Source of the DNA: an uncultured delta proteobacterium
GTDB taxonomy: Bacteria > Desulfobacterota > Binatia > UBA9968
DNA: 48,284 bases
NCBI GenBank assembly: GCA_963745035.1
Contig: CAVUVW010000001.1
Location: 1 to 48,284 of the forward strand
Direction of reading: 5' to 3'
Within the stretch, counting starts at the first letter, position 1; the number at the start of each line of letters is the position of its first letter. The notes beneath the pieces are model-generated. The model saw nothing but the letters and a program-made list of their open reading frames with translations, was not told the origin of the DNA and did no database searches. Shown one piece after another: positions 22,464 through 32,617 of the stretch. Made by a program: the position numbers and the translations under genes.

Positions 22464-23315
22464 ATGCCTGAATCTCCTATCCGATGGCCCAACAACGCGC
22501 GCCTCGCTTTTGTCTTGGGAATTGCCTTTGAGGCCTGGGACAAAAGCAAGCCTTCGCAGGGGGGCGCGCTGCAGTCGCCGCTGCCGAAGGACGCGCTCTG
22601 GAAATGGGACTGGTCGACGGAGACCTTCCGTGAATTCGGCCCGAAACATGGCCTGAAGCGCCTGCTCGATATCTGCGATCGATATAATTTAAAGGTGAGC
22701 ATGCCGGTCAACGGCCTTAGCTGCGTCTACTATCCGGAGCTCGTAAAGTACGCTCACGCCCGCGGCCACGAGATGGTCGCGCACGGCTGGGACCAAGGCG
22801 AGCGCCTCTATATGCTGACGCGGGAACAGGAGCGGGACAATATTCATAAAACCATCGACGCCATCGTTAAAGTCACCGGTGAGCGTCCAACCGGCTGGTC
22901 CTCGCCCGGCGTGCGCCCAACCGACAACACGCTGGAGCTGGTTCTCGAAGCGGGGCTGGAATATCATTGCGACTTTCATGACGACGAGATGCCCTATCCG
23001 ATCTGGCTGGGCGATAAGCTGCTGATCGAGTTTCCGCATCAATACACGATCAACGATCATCGGATGCAAGAAGAGGGAACGCGGCACGAGTTTTTCGAGA
23101 AATTCAAAGACGAGTTCGACTATCGCTACAAGATCGGTCCCGACAATCCGACGATGATGAATGTGATCACCCACGCCTATCTGAGCTCGCGCATCCCGTT
23201 GATCGACACCTTCGAGCAGATTATCAGCTATGCGACGAGCCACAAAGATGTCTGGCTGGCGCGCCGGGGCGATATCGCGGCGTGGGTGCGGAAGCAGGTG
23301 TCGGAGAACAAATAG
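22464..23315 (+). CDS. Polysaccharide deacetylase family protein (CE4, PuuE/allantoinase-like)
   Basis: WPNNARLA, GHEMVAHGW, GERPTGW, DDEMPY motifs. Confidence 0.85.
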   Translation: MPESPIRWPNNARLAFVLGIAFEAWDKSKPSQGGALQSPLPKDALWKWDWSTETFREFGPKHGLKRLLDICDRYNLKVSMPVNGLSCVYYPELVKYAHARGHEMVAHGWDQGERLYMLTREQERDNIHKTIDAIVKVTGERPTGWSSPGVRPTDNTLELVLEAGLEYHCDFHDDEMPYPIWLGDKLLIEFPHQYTINDHRMQEEGTRHEFFEKFKDEFDYRYKIGPDNPTMMNVITHAYLSSRIPLIDTFEQIISYATSHKDVWLARRGDIAAWVRKQVSENK

Positions 23316-23372
23316 TCAAAACGTGCCAATCGCTTCAGATCCGAATCGGCGATAAACCGAGTGCGCTACCCG

Positions 23373-24341
23373 CTACTTAACCCATAGATTATTGACATCG
23401 CCGATATTGGGCAGCAGGCCGAGGGAAATTCCGGACTGCAAAATCTTATTCTGCGACGCAAAGAAGCTCTCGCCCCATTTGTCCGCAAAATTGGCCTTAT
23501 TCACTTTGAGCCCCGCGGCGATCTCCTGGGGGTTGCTCAGGTTGAACAGCTCCTTGGCTTTGGATCTGAAGAACTCCTCGTCCTGCCCGTTCTTGATCAT
23601 CTGCACGGCCTCGGCGTAGGAGCTGCGGATCGCTTTGACCAATTGCGGCTGTTTTTCCACGGTTTCTTTCAGCATTCCGACGCTGGACTTGAGCGGCGGC
23701 GCGCCGAAGATATTCTCAAGCTCGATATCGAAGTCGGCTAGGACGCGATATTTCCCGGACATCACAAGCCTCGTCGTGTGCGGCTCGAACATATTGATCG
23801 CTTCGACCTCGCCGCGCTCCAGCAGCGCGATCAGCGCGCCGGTTTCCGCCGGCACGTTCTGAAAGTCTTTTTCGATGTCGAGCTTCAGCTCCTTGGCGAT
23901 GACCGCTGAGAAGAAATAGGCGCCGGTCACGCGCGCGAAGTTGCCGAGTTTTTTCCCTTTCAGGTCGGCGAAGCTCTTGTAGGGCGCGTCTTTTTTCACC
24001 AGCCAGGAGTTGCCGGACCAGATCTGGGGCGCGACGAGCCGGATGTCGGTGCCGCTTTTTACCAGGTTCACCGCCGTACTCGGCTGCATCGCGCTGGCCA
24101 CGGCCCGGCCGAGCTTCACCGCGTTGGCTGCTTCGGTGAAGTCCATCATCATGTTATTGATCTTGATGCCGTACTTGGCGTCGAGCTTTTTGTTCTCGAT
24201 CAGCGCGGCGACATAGCCGGATTGGCCGGCGGCGCTGGTCGCGATGTTCACCGCTTGCAAGGCTTGCCCCGCCAGAGTTGGGGAGCCTGAAACGGCAAGG
24301 AACAGGAGTGCGGTGAACGCGAGCGCGGCGCTGGTTTTCAT
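23373..24341 (-). CDS. NitT/TauT (SsuA/NMT1-like) ABC substrate-binding protein
   Basis: Signal peptide from MKTSAAL, DLKGKKLG; ATGA overlap with the ATPase gene. Confidence 0.88.
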   Translation of the reverse strand: MKTSAALAFTALLFLAVSGSPTLAGQALQAVNIATSAAGQSGYVAALIENKKLDAKYGIKINNMMMDFTEAANAVKLGRAVASAMQPSTAVNLVKSGTDIRLVAPQIWSGNSWLVKKDAPYKSFADLKGKKLGNFARVTGAYFFSAVIAKELKLDIEKDFQNVPAETGALIALLERGEVEAINMFEPHTTRLVMSGKYRVLADFDIELENIFGAPPLKSSVGMLKETVEKQPQLVKAIRSSYAEAVQMIKNGQDEEFFRSKAKELFNLSNPQEIAAGLKVNKANFADKWGESFFASQNKILQSGISLGLLPNIGDVNNLWVK

Positions 24342-25096
24342 GAGTTTCCCTCCGTCAAAGTCACTTTGGTTTCCAATTGGGCGGCAAAGCCATAAATCTC
24401 GGGTCCCCAGCGGCGCGGCGTCGGGAGCGGGTTGGTCACATACTCGGCGAGCCTTGCCGGCCGCCGGGTGAGAGTAACGACGAAATCGCTCATGTACGCC
24501 GCTTCGGCGAGGTTGTGGGTCACGAAGAGAACCGTCCGATGCAACTGCTCGCACAGCCGGCGCGTGGTCTCGCGCAGTTGCCGCGCCGTCAGTTCGTCGA
24601 CGCTGGCGAAAGGCTCATCCATCAAGACCACGTCCGACTCGACCGCGAGCGCGCGCGCTAGGCCGACGCGCTGGCGCTGCCCGCCCGATAAATACAAAGG
24701 GAACTGATTGGTGTACTCTTCGAGGCCGACGAGCCGCAGATATTGTTCGATGCGCGAGCTCCAGCCGTCGCGCGCCACGCCGGCGCCCTTCAAGGCGAGA
24801 GCGAGATTCTCGCCGATGGTTTTCCACGGCAGCAGGCGCGGGCTCTGAAAGACGTAGCCGATCAGCGGCCGTGCATGATTCTTGCCTTCGGCCAAAAACT
24901 GGAGCTCGCCCCGGTCGAGCTTTTCCAAACCGACGACGGAGTTGAGCAGAGTGGACTTGCCGCAGCCGGAAGGGCCGATCAAGACCGTGACGCAGCCGGC
25001 GCGCGCGGCGAACGACAGCCGATCGATAATTTTAAAAGGGTTGCCGTCCTCGCGGCGAAACCATTTCTCGGCGTCTTTGACGACCAGCTCGGCCAC
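24338..25096 (-). CDS. NitT/TauT ABC ATP-binding protein
   Basis: GPSGCGKST, LSGGQRQR, MDEPF, VTH. Confidence 0.95.
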   Translation of the reverse strand: MAELVVKDAEKWFRREDGNPFKIIDRLSFAARAGCVTVLIGPSGCGKSTLLNSVVGLEKLDRGELQFLAEGKNHARPLIGYVFQSPRLLPWKTIGENLALALKGAGVARDGWSSRIEQYLRLVGLEEYTNQFPLYLSGGQRQRVGLARALAVESDVVLMDEPFASVDELTARQLRETTRRLCEQLHRTVLFVTHNLAEAAYMSDFVVTLTRRPARLAEYVTNPLPTPRRWGPEIYGFAAQLETKVTLTEGNS

Positions 25097-25960
25097 TCAG
25101 CGCCTCCAGACGTCGATCTTCGGGCGCCAGGCGGTCAGCCGGCGCTCGGCGAAGTTGATTATGCCGTATTCGATCACGATCATGGCGAGAACAAAGGTGA
25201 GGGTCCAGGCGATGACGCCTTCCATGTTGAAGACTTGGTACGATTTCATGACTTGGTAGCCGACGCCGTTGCTGGTACCGAACATCTCGACCACGACCAC
25301 GACTTTCCACGCCAGACCCAGACCATAGCGGGTTGCGGCGAAAATATTCGGCACCAGTTGCGGCAGAATGACCTGGGAGATCTTCATCCACTTGGTAAAG
25401 CGAAACACGTGGCTCATGTCCATCAGCTCTTTGTCGAGCGACTTGACGCCCGCCCAAATATTGATGACGAGCATGGGAAAGATCGTGACCGTGACGGCGA
25501 AATAGGGCGAAAACTCATTGATGCCGAAAAGCATCACGGCGATGAGCGCCCACATGAGACCCGGAATCGTCAGGCCGAGCACGACGAGCGGCTGGAAGAA
25601 GCGCTCGCCCATGGCGACCGTGCCCATGTAAATGCCGACGCCGACGCTAAGCAGCATCGCGACGATCGAACCGACCAGAACGCGGCGCAGGCTTTGAACC
25701 ATGTGAAAGAAAAACGTGCCGTCGGAGAGCAGTCGCGTGGCTTCCTGTACCGTGCTCCAGGGACTCGGCAGCAGGCGTGGATAGAGCAAGTAGAGCCCCC
25801 ACCAGATCGCAATCACACTCGTCATCGCGAGAAGCGGCGGGAGCAGGCGGCCGGCGAGCTCTCTTCCCCCCGACGCGCCGAAGGCCGGCACCGTTTCGGC
25901 ACCGGCCACGCCCGAGCGGCGCGCGGTCATCAAAGACGGATTGTCGTGCTCGTAATCCAC
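25097..25960 (-). CDS. NitT/TauT ABC permease (SsuC-like)
   Basis: About six TM segments, LLPSP, AWKVVVVVEM. Confidence 0.92.
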   Translation of the reverse strand: MDYEHDNPSLMTARRSGVAGAETVPAFGASGGRELAGRLLPPLLAMTSVIAIWWGLYLLYPRLLPSPWSTVQEATRLLSDGTFFFHMVQSLRRVLVGSIVAMLLSVGVGIYMGTVAMGERFFQPLVVLGLTIPGLMWALIAVMLFGINEFSPYFAVTVTIFPMLVINIWAGVKSLDKELMDMSHVFRFTKWMKISQVILPQLVPNIFAATRYGLGLAWKVVVVVEMFGTSNGVGYQVMKSYQVFNMEGVIAWTLTFVLAMIVIEYGIINFAERRLTAWRPKIDVWRR

Positions 25961-26265
25961 ACGTAAATTACTGCAATAGAAGCGCGCGGGAAGTCAACCG
26001 CCGAGATGGGAATTTCGCGGCTCGCGCAACTCGCCCGTGAGCTTGCGGCGAGTCTTGCCTAGGCTTTCAGGCAACACTTGCAGGAAAGTGGCGCTCTTCG
26101 AGAGCGGACCCGCTCGCGAATACGCTCGCCGAGCTGCCAAGCGAAGTGTTGTCCTTGTGATTTTTCTAAGACAGCCAAGATCAAGGTGGGGCCGATGGCG
26201 GCTCGCGCAAGTCGCGCGCGGGCGCACCGGCGCGATGCAACGGTCGAAACGGAACGGTGAGCGGA

Positions 26266-26757
26266 TTATTCCGCCATGCGGCGGGCGGCGGCAAGGCCGC
26301 TTGCCTGAGCGACGATCTCCTCCACCGGCCTGTCGAGATCGAGAGGCCGGTTGACGCGCGCGTCGTCCCGCTCGGCGACCAAAGCGTAAATCTCCAGCCG
26401 ATTGCCTTCAGGATCGAGAAAATAGCAGGAAACGGTATTGCCCATTTCTTCGTAGGCATGGCTCACGCAGTGGTCGATGGGCACGCCGCGGGCTTTGAAG
26501 CGCTCATAGTAGGCTTTCACGTCCGCCGGTGTGTCGACGCGCCAAGCGATGTGCGCGATGATCTTCGCCGTGCCTTCGCGGCCTTTGGTCAGCGCGAGCT
26601 CGTGATCCTCCATATCGGGATCGGCGGTGAGAAACACCATACGCCCGGCGTGCTCGCGGTATTTTACCAGCCCGAGTACGTCCCGATAGAACGCGACCAT
26701 CTTTTCCAGATCGTTGACATGGAGCACGATGTGGCTCAGCCCTCTGATTTTCGGCAT
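26266..26757 (-). CDS. VOC (glyoxalase/extradiol dioxygenase) family protein
   Basis: LSHIVLHV, HIAW, YFLDPEGNRLE. Confidence 0.9.
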   Translation of the reverse strand: MPKIRGLSHIVLHVNDLEKMVAFYRDVLGLVKYREHAGRMVFLTADPDMEDHELALTKGREGTAKIIAHIAWRVDTPADVKAYYERFKARGVPIDHCVSHAYEEMGNTVSCYFLDPEGNRLEIYALVAERDDARVNRPLDLDRPVEEIVAQASGLAAARRMAE

Positions 26758-27012
26758 GGACGCCTCCTAGAGTTGCGACGCGTGGTCGTCTTTCGAACCG
26801 GTGCCGCGGGAGAAAGCCTATGCGATTGCTTTGGCCGATGTCAACGCAAATTTCGCGGGGAGGTTGACGTCCAAACCATCGCCAAAGGCGTTCTGCGCGC
26901 AATCAACGTTTGCGGGAAATCGCCTCCAACCCTCGACAACACCCGTCGTCGGCGTGCTATATGAAAGATGGCTTTATTGACCGACAAGGAATCAGAACAG
27001 GAGAGAAGAATC

Positions 27013-28014
27013 GTGGCAATAAAACGGCTCTCGTTGGTCGGCGTACTCGCGTTGGTTCTGTGCGGGGGATCGACTTTGTTCGGGCAGGAAAAAAAGCTCG
27101 AGCGATTTCGCACGGGCGGCGGTTCGGCATCGGCGGCGCAGATGTCGATCTGGTTCGCCAAGGAAGGCGGTTATTACGAGAAAAACGGCCTGAATGTCGA
27201 AGTCATCAGCATCCCGGGCAGCTCGCTCGCGCTCCAAGCGATGTTGTCCGGCGAGTTGCCGATCATCCAGGCGGGCGGCGCGGGACCGATTCAAGCCGCT
27301 CTTTCCGGCACGGACACGGTCGTGCTCGCCACCATCGCCAAGAAATTTAACTGGTGGATTTTCGTCCAGCCCAACATCACTCGCATGGAGGATCTGAGAG
27401 GAAAGATATTCGGCACGACGCGCTTCGGCACCCAGTCCGATCTGGCGTCGCGCATCGCGCTGCGCAAGGCCGGCATCGATCCCGAGCGCGATATCACGAT
27501 GGTGCAGACCGGCGGTCCCGCGGAAACGGTCAGCGCGATGGTAGCCGGCAAAGTGCACGCCGCGGCGATCAGTCCGCCGGCGACCATGCAGGCGCGGCGC
27601 GCCAAGTTGAAGGACCTGATGGATCTCTCGAATCTCGACGTCGAGTACCACGTCAACGGCGTGGTGACGACGCGCCGGTATCTCAAGACGAACGAAGACA
27701 CGGCGCGGCGCTTTCTCCGCGCCTACATCGAAGGCGCGGTGCGCGGCATGAAGGACAAGGCGTTCGCCATGAAAACCATGGGAAAGTACTTTCGCAGCGA
27801 GGACCGCGATCTGCTCGAAGAGACCTACGAGATGAGCATAAAAACCGGATTCACGGTGCCGCCGTATCCGGCGGGAATCGCAAGCTTGCTGCAAGATTTG
27901 GAGAAGACGTCGCCCAAGGCCAAAGGCGCCAAACCCGAAGACTTCACTGACGCCCGCTTCGTGCGCGAACTCGATCAAAGCGGATTCATAAAATCCGTGC
28001 TCGCGGGGCGGTGA
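27013..28014 (+). CDS. Orphan NMT1/SsuA-like substrate-binding protein
   Basis: Signal peptide, GYYEKNGLNVE, DLRGKIFG, FVRELDQSGFI; start uncertain (26968 or 27013). Confidence 0.88.
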   Translation: MAIKRLSLVGVLALVLCGGSTLFGQEKKLERFRTGGGSASAAQMSIWFAKEGGYYEKNGLNVEVISIPGSSLALQAMLSGELPIIQAGGAGPIQAALSGTDTVVLATIAKKFNWWIFVQPNITRMEDLRGKIFGTTRFGTQSDLASRIALRKAGIDPERDITMVQTGGPAETVSAMVAGKVHAAAISPPATMQARRAKLKDLMDLSNLDVEYHVNGVVTTRRYLKTNEDTARRFLRAYIEGAVRGMKDKAFAMKTMGKYFRSEDRDLLEETYEMSIKTGFTVPPYPAGIASLLQDLEKTSPKAKGAKPEDFTDARFVRELDQSGFIKSVLAGR

Positions 28015-28050
28015 GGTTCCCCGTAAAACAGCCGTGACTGGGGCATGATC

Positions 28051-28139
28051 TGTCATTCTGAGGAGCGCAGCGACGAAGAATCTGTTTTTGCTGTTACCGC
28101 CTGAACAAGCGGATCCTTCGCCTACGGCTCAGGATGACA
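28051..28139. repeat. REP/MITE-like doublet TGTCATTCTGAGGAGCGCAGCGACGAAGAATCT...GGATCCTTCGCCTACGGCTCAGGATGACA
   Basis: Long imperfect inverted repeat; half copy at 29078-29105. Confidence 0.8.
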
Positions 28140-28168
28140 TTCGGGTACTCGGCGGATAAAAGTTCTAT

Positions 28169-29054
28169 ATGGAATTACCTGATACTTTCTTTCGGGTCAC
28201 ATTGCTCGGCACGGGGGCGCCGCCGCCGCGCACGGACCGCTTCGGGCCAAGCACGCTCGTCGAAGCCGGCGGCAAGAAATTCATCTTCGACGCCGGCCGT
28301 GGCGCCATGCAGCGTCTGCATCAACTGGGCATTCCATTCGCCGATATCACGGGAATGTTTCTGACTCATCATCATTCCGATCACCTCGTCGGATTTCCCG
28401 ATCTTTGGCTCACGGGCTGGATCGGACGGCCGTGGGGCAAGCGCACTGTGCCGCTGCCGGTGTGGGGTCCGCGAAGGAACGCGGCAGATGATGGAACATT
28501 TGCCCAAGGCATTTCACGTCGATATTCGCGTGCGGAGCAAGAGCTATCCCGCCGATGGTGCTCAATTAGTGGCCCATGAGATCGGCGAAGGCACGGTTCT
28601 GGAGCAGGATGGGATAAAGATCAGCGCGTTCGAAGTCGATCACGGCGGCGAAGAACTGCCGGCTTTCGGCTATCGCATCGATTATCGTGGCGGCTCGGCC
28701 GTTTTGTCCGGCGACACGACGTTCAATGAAAATCTGATCGAGCACGCGCGCGGCGTCGATCTATTGGTCCATGAAGTGACCCTTGCCGCCGGCAGTGTTG
28801 CGGAAAGCCCACAGCAACTCAAACGCATAGCCGGTAACCACACCACCCCCGAGCAGGCGGGTGAAGTGTTCGCCCGCGCGCAGCCGAAACTAGCCGTGTA
28901 CAATCATCTCCTGCTCTTTGGCGGCGCCCGCGCCGAGGACCTGATTCCCGCCACCAGAAAAAAATATGTAGGTCCATTGATGGTTGGAGAAGACTTATTG
29001 CAGATCGATATCGGAGAAAAAGTCGAAGCGCGGTCGTTTCACTCGGCCGCTTAG
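28169..29054 (+). pseudogene. MBL-fold hydrolase (RNase Z/arylsulfatase-like) split by a +1 frameshift near 28472
   Basis: LLGTG, THHHSDH in the first ORF; SGDT, HE, HTT in the second; removing one base restores VWGP-EGTRQMMEHL. Confidence 0.85.
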
Positions 29055-29077
29055 CGCATCTATAACCTGCTTAAAAG

Positions 29078-29105
29078 AGATGCTTCGCTATAGCTCAGCA
29101 TGACA
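29078..29105. repeat. REP half-unit AGATGCTTCGCTATAGCTCAGCATGACA
   Basis: Same family as the right arm of 28051-28139. Confidence 0.65.
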
Positions 29106-29268
29106 TCCATGGCACTGAAGACGTTGTGCACCATCGGGTCGCTCAGGTGAGCTAGAAATTTGCGGATTGCGATCGCTACACACGCTCGGTTAGGCGTCTT
29201 TCGTTGATTTCAGATAAGGGCGGTGATATTCGCGATAGAGCACGTTGATGTTGGACGGTGATGTAGTG

Positions 29269-30267
29269 ATGAAAAAGTTTGTCTTCGCGAGTTGTCTGCT
29301 GTTCCTTTGCCTGATTGCAGGAAGAAGTAGTTTCGCTGCGGCGCGGCTCGAACCGCTGACCATCGGCTATTCCAATTTTACCGGCACCTATGCGCCGTTG
29401 TGGATCGCGGTCGAAGATCACCTCGGCGCAAAGCACGGCTTGGATTTGAAGGCGATCTATGCCGGCCGTATCCGGCCGCAGCAGTTGCTTGCCACCGGCG
29501 AGGTGCCCATCGTTCTCGCGACGGCGACCGGAACCATCACATCACATATTCTCGGCGTCAAAGATCAGGTGGTGGTGGCGACGATCACCAACAAGGTGAC
29601 CACATCGCTATTTTCCAAGCCCGAGATCAAGAGCGTGGAAGAGCTCAAAGGCAAAGTCATCGCGACGGGCAGGCCGGGCGCGTTCTTGGACGCGATGGTG
29701 CGCTATGTGCTCCGCAGCAAATTCAACCTGACGCCGGACAAGGACGTAAAGTTTCTGCCGTCCGGCGAGCCGGCTCTGAGCTTTCAAGCGCTGGAGCGCG
29801 GCGTGGTCGACGGCGCGGCGATGTCTTCGCCTTACATGTTCATTGCGCGCAAGGCAGGCATGCGGGAGCTGGCCAACTTCGACAAGATGGGCGTCGAGTA
29901 TCCGTACACGAGCGTCGTCGTACAGCGGCAAACCGCGGCCAAGAATCCCGAACTCGTGGAAAGGTTTCTCAAAAGCATCGCCGAAGGAATACACGTCTTC
30001 AAGACGAACAAACCTAAAACCTTGGCGGTGATGAAACGCTACATGAAAGGTGCCGATGACGAGATCCTCGACCAAACCTATCAGGCCACGCAAGCGACCT
30101 TGGAGGACGCGCCGCACCCCAACGTGCAGGTTGTGAGGGTCGCATTGGATATGCTGGCTTTGCAATATCCCAACGCGAAGCAGACCGACGCGAACCTGAT
30201 CGTCGAGCCGGCGTTTATGAAGCGCATCGAGGACAGCGGGTTTATCCGGGCGTTGTACAAAAAGTAG
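29269..30267 (+). CDS. Orphan NMT1/SsuA-like substrate-binding protein
   Basis: Signal peptide, ELKGKVIA, RIEDSGFIRALYK. Confidence 0.88.
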   Translation: MKKFVFASCLLFLCLIAGRSSFAAARLEPLTIGYSNFTGTYAPLWIAVEDHLGAKHGLDLKAIYAGRIRPQQLLATGEVPIVLATATGTITSHILGVKDQVVVATITNKVTTSLFSKPEIKSVEELKGKVIATGRPGAFLDAMVRYVLRSKFNLTPDKDVKFLPSGEPALSFQALERGVVDGAAMSSPYMFIARKAGMRELANFDKMGVEYPYTSVVVQRQTAAKNPELVERFLKSIAEGIHVFKTNKPKTLAVMKRYMKGADDEILDQTYQATQATLEDAPHPNVQVVRVALDMLALQYPNAKQTDANLIVEPAFMKRIEDSGFIRALYKK

Positions 30268-30271
30268 AACA

Positions 30272-30310
30272 CGTTCCAGACGTTCCAATCGTTCAAGTCG
30301 TTCAAAACGT
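30272..30310. repeat. Tandem 9-bp repeat (CGTTCMANN) x4
   Basis: cgttccaga cgttccaat cgttcaagt cgttcaaaa cgt. Confidence 0.85.
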
Positions 30311-30382
30311 CTCGGATCAAATCTCATCACATGATCGCGCGGCCTAGTTTCGCGCGACCAATTCAGAAAGGGAGAAGAACCC

Positions 30383-31423
30383 ATGCTCGATGGTAAATTG
30401 AGGATCGCGGCGACTTGCTATCACGTCCTGCATCAGGTGCCGGTCATGACGGCGCACGAGCTTAACTTTTTCTATGACGAAGGGCTCAAGACAGCGGACG
30501 GGTCGCTCGGCTACGAGATCCTGACCGATGCGATGGTGCCCTTCGGTCTGGAAAAGCTGGGCATTTCGCAAGCGATGAAGGAAAGGTCGGTGGACATTGC
30601 GCTCGATGTCCAGTCGCGCACGGTCTTTTACCAGCGCGCCCGCGGTGCCGATCTCTACATCATCTCGGGGTGGCGCAACCAGCACACCAACGTTTGGGTG
30701 GCGCCGCCGCATATCAAATCGCTGCAAGACTTGAAGGGCAAGCGGGTCGGCATCAGCGACTTCAACAGCATTCGTCACTGGGCGATTCAGATTCAGCTCA
30801 AGAAAGCGGGTCTCGATCTCGAGCGGGATGTCGAGTGGGTGCGCATCGGCGTCAACTCGCGGCTTCATCTCGAGGCGATCCGCAGCGGCCGAGTCGAATG
30901 CGCGCCGGTGCCGCCGTGGTACGCCAAAGAGTTGGTGAGCGAGGGTTGTAACGCGCTGGTTTCACCCGCGGATCAGTATCCGGACGGGCGCCCCGAGCGC
31001 ATCATCGCCGCCACCGGACGCATCCTCGAAGAGCGGCCCGATATGGTCAAAGCGTTTCTCAAAGGCATGATTCGCTCCTATTGGTTCGTGCGCGATATGC
31101 CGAAGAACTACGAATATATATCGAATCTCGAGAAGCGGCTGCGGCTGCGCAGCCCCGATCCTGAAGAGCGGGTCGTGAAGCATCTGCGCTCGGCGCAGGA
31201 TCTGGAGGCGATGCCGTTTCCGTTGGACGGCAAGGCAACCGGCTTCGAGGACATGCTCAAGGAAGAGGCGCGGCTGGGCGAATTGAATTACGAAGTGCCG
31301 CCGATCAAGGACGTGAGCGCGCAGGACCTGGTGGACGAGGCGTTCAAGGAACTTCGCGCGCGCAAGGAATTGGATGACGAGTTCCAGCGGCTCAAGGTGA
31401 TAGAGGAACGCTGGGGGTATTAG
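30383..31423 (+). CDS. NMT1/THI5-like periplasmic-binding-fold protein lacking a signal peptide
   Basis: IKSLQDLKGKRVG, PDMVKAFLKG; N-terminus MLDGKLRIAATCYH has no hydrophobic core. Confidence 0.8.
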   Translation: MLDGKLRIAATCYHVLHQVPVMTAHELNFFYDEGLKTADGSLGYEILTDAMVPFGLEKLGISQAMKERSVDIALDVQSRTVFYQRARGADLYIISGWRNQHTNVWVAPPHIKSLQDLKGKRVGISDFNSIRHWAIQIQLKKAGLDLERDVEWVRIGVNSRLHLEAIRSGRVECAPVPPWYAKELVSEGCNALVSPADQYPDGRPERIIAATGRILEERPDMVKAFLKGMIRSYWFVRDMPKNYEYISNLEKRLRLRSPDPEERVVKHLRSAQDLEAMPFPLDGKATGFEDMLKEEARLGELNYEVPPIKDVSAQDLVDEAFKELRARKELDDEFQRLKVIEERWGY

Positions 31424-31430
31424 ACGGATT

Positions 31431-31461
31431 TGTTCAAACCGTTCAAATCGTTCAAGTCGTT
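31431..31461. repeat. Tandem 9-bp repeat (CGTTCAANN) x3
   Basis: tgttcaaac cgttcaaat cgttcaagt cgtt. Confidence 0.85.
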
Positions 31462-31486
31462 TATGATCATAAATCAAGGAGTGTTC

Positions 31487-32515
31487 GTGAGGAAACCAAC
31501 TGCATTTTGGATGACGATGACTCTGGTGCTTGCGGCCGTGATGCCGCTGCACGCGCAATCGACAAACTTTTATGAAGGAAAAACGATTTCATTTTTGGTC
31601 GGCTCTTCTGCCGGCGGCGGCACCGATCTCACGGCACGCACGATTGCGCGTCATATCGAGCGCTACATTCCGGGGAAACCGCGCATCGACGTAATTAACA
31701 AACCCGGCGCAGGCGGAATGATCGCCGCCAATGAGCTTTACAATCTGAAGAAACCCGACGGTTTGAGCATCAGCACTCTCAATACCGGTGCGTTGTTCGC
31801 GACCGCGACGGGAAACGAAGCGATCAAGTTCGAGCTGCAGAAATTTCTTTGGGTCGGCCAGGCGTACGATGACGCGCAGGTGCTCTACCTCAAAACCTCG
31901 ACGCCTTACACGAGCTTCGATGCGATCAAAAAGGCCAACAGGGAAGGCAAGCAGCCCAAAATGGGCGCCCAGGCACTCGATCACACGAGCAACGTCGTGG
32001 TGAAGATCGCCGAGCAGATCTTCGGCCTGGATTTTCAGGTGATTCCCGGCTATCCGGGCACGCCGCAAATCCTGCTCGATATCGAACGCGGCGCGCTCGA
32101 CGGCCGGGCCCAGGGAATCGGCTCCTTGATGGCCACGCGGAAGGAATGGACCAAGAACGGCTACATCAAAATTCTCGCGACGTCGAAAAAGCGCCGGGAT
32201 CCCCGTGTGCCGGACATCGCGACGATGGAGGAGATGGCGCCGGCCGGTAGCAAGGGGTTGCTGCTGGCGTTGTACGCCGGACAGAATCTCGCGCGCTCCG
32301 TCGTTTTGCCGCCTGGTGTGCCCACGGATCGGGTGAAGATTCTGCGCGACGCCTTTGCCGCCATGACCAAAGATGATCAGTTTCACAAAGAGGCGGAGAA
32401 ACTGGGGCTGGAAGTCGACTTGATCCGCGGCGAAGACATGAATCGCGACATCGAAGGCACATTACGCGACAAGCGGCTGATGGATTTGTACCGCATGATC
32501 GCGTCGGCAAAGTAA
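31487..32515 (+). CDS. Tripartite tricarboxylate transporter substrate-binding protein (TctC/Bug-like), orphan
   Basis: FYEGKTI..AGGGTD..NKPGAGG..PDG, GYPG, PPGVP..LRDAF. Confidence 0.88.
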   Translation: MRKPTAFWMTMTLVLAAVMPLHAQSTNFYEGKTISFLVGSSAGGGTDLTARTIARHIERYIPGKPRIDVINKPGAGGMIAANELYNLKKPDGLSISTLNTGALFATATGNEAIKFELQKFLWVGQAYDDAQVLYLKTSTPYTSFDAIKKANREGKQPKMGAQALDHTSNVVVKIAEQIFGLDFQVIPGYPGTPQILLDIERGALDGRAQGIGSLMATRKEWTKNGYIKILATSKKRRDPRVPDIATMEEMAPAGSKGLLLALYAGQNLARSVVLPPGVPTDRVKILRDAFAAMTKDDQFHKEAEKLGLEVDLIRGEDMNRDIEGTLRDKRLMDLYRMIASAK

Positions 32516-32612
32516 AGGCAAAGGTAAAAAGGCAAAAGGTAAAGATGTCGGATGCGCATAGAATATACTCAGCATTTCTCGGCATTTTTTCTTTGAACTT
32601 TTTCCTTTTGCC
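32506..32612. repeat. About 7-bp tandem repeats (GGYAAAA)n with an inverted pyrimidine-rich copy
   Basis: 32506-32544 GGCAAA/GGTAAAA units; 32585-32612 TTTCCTTTTGCC units. Confidence 0.6.
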
Positions 32613-32617
32613 GTAGT

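Noticed and set aside
26120-26145. CGCCGAGCTGCC matching the 3' end of the GEMM riboswitch
   Set aside because: No P2/GNRA or AAAGCC junction upstream, and it is antisense to the flanking genes
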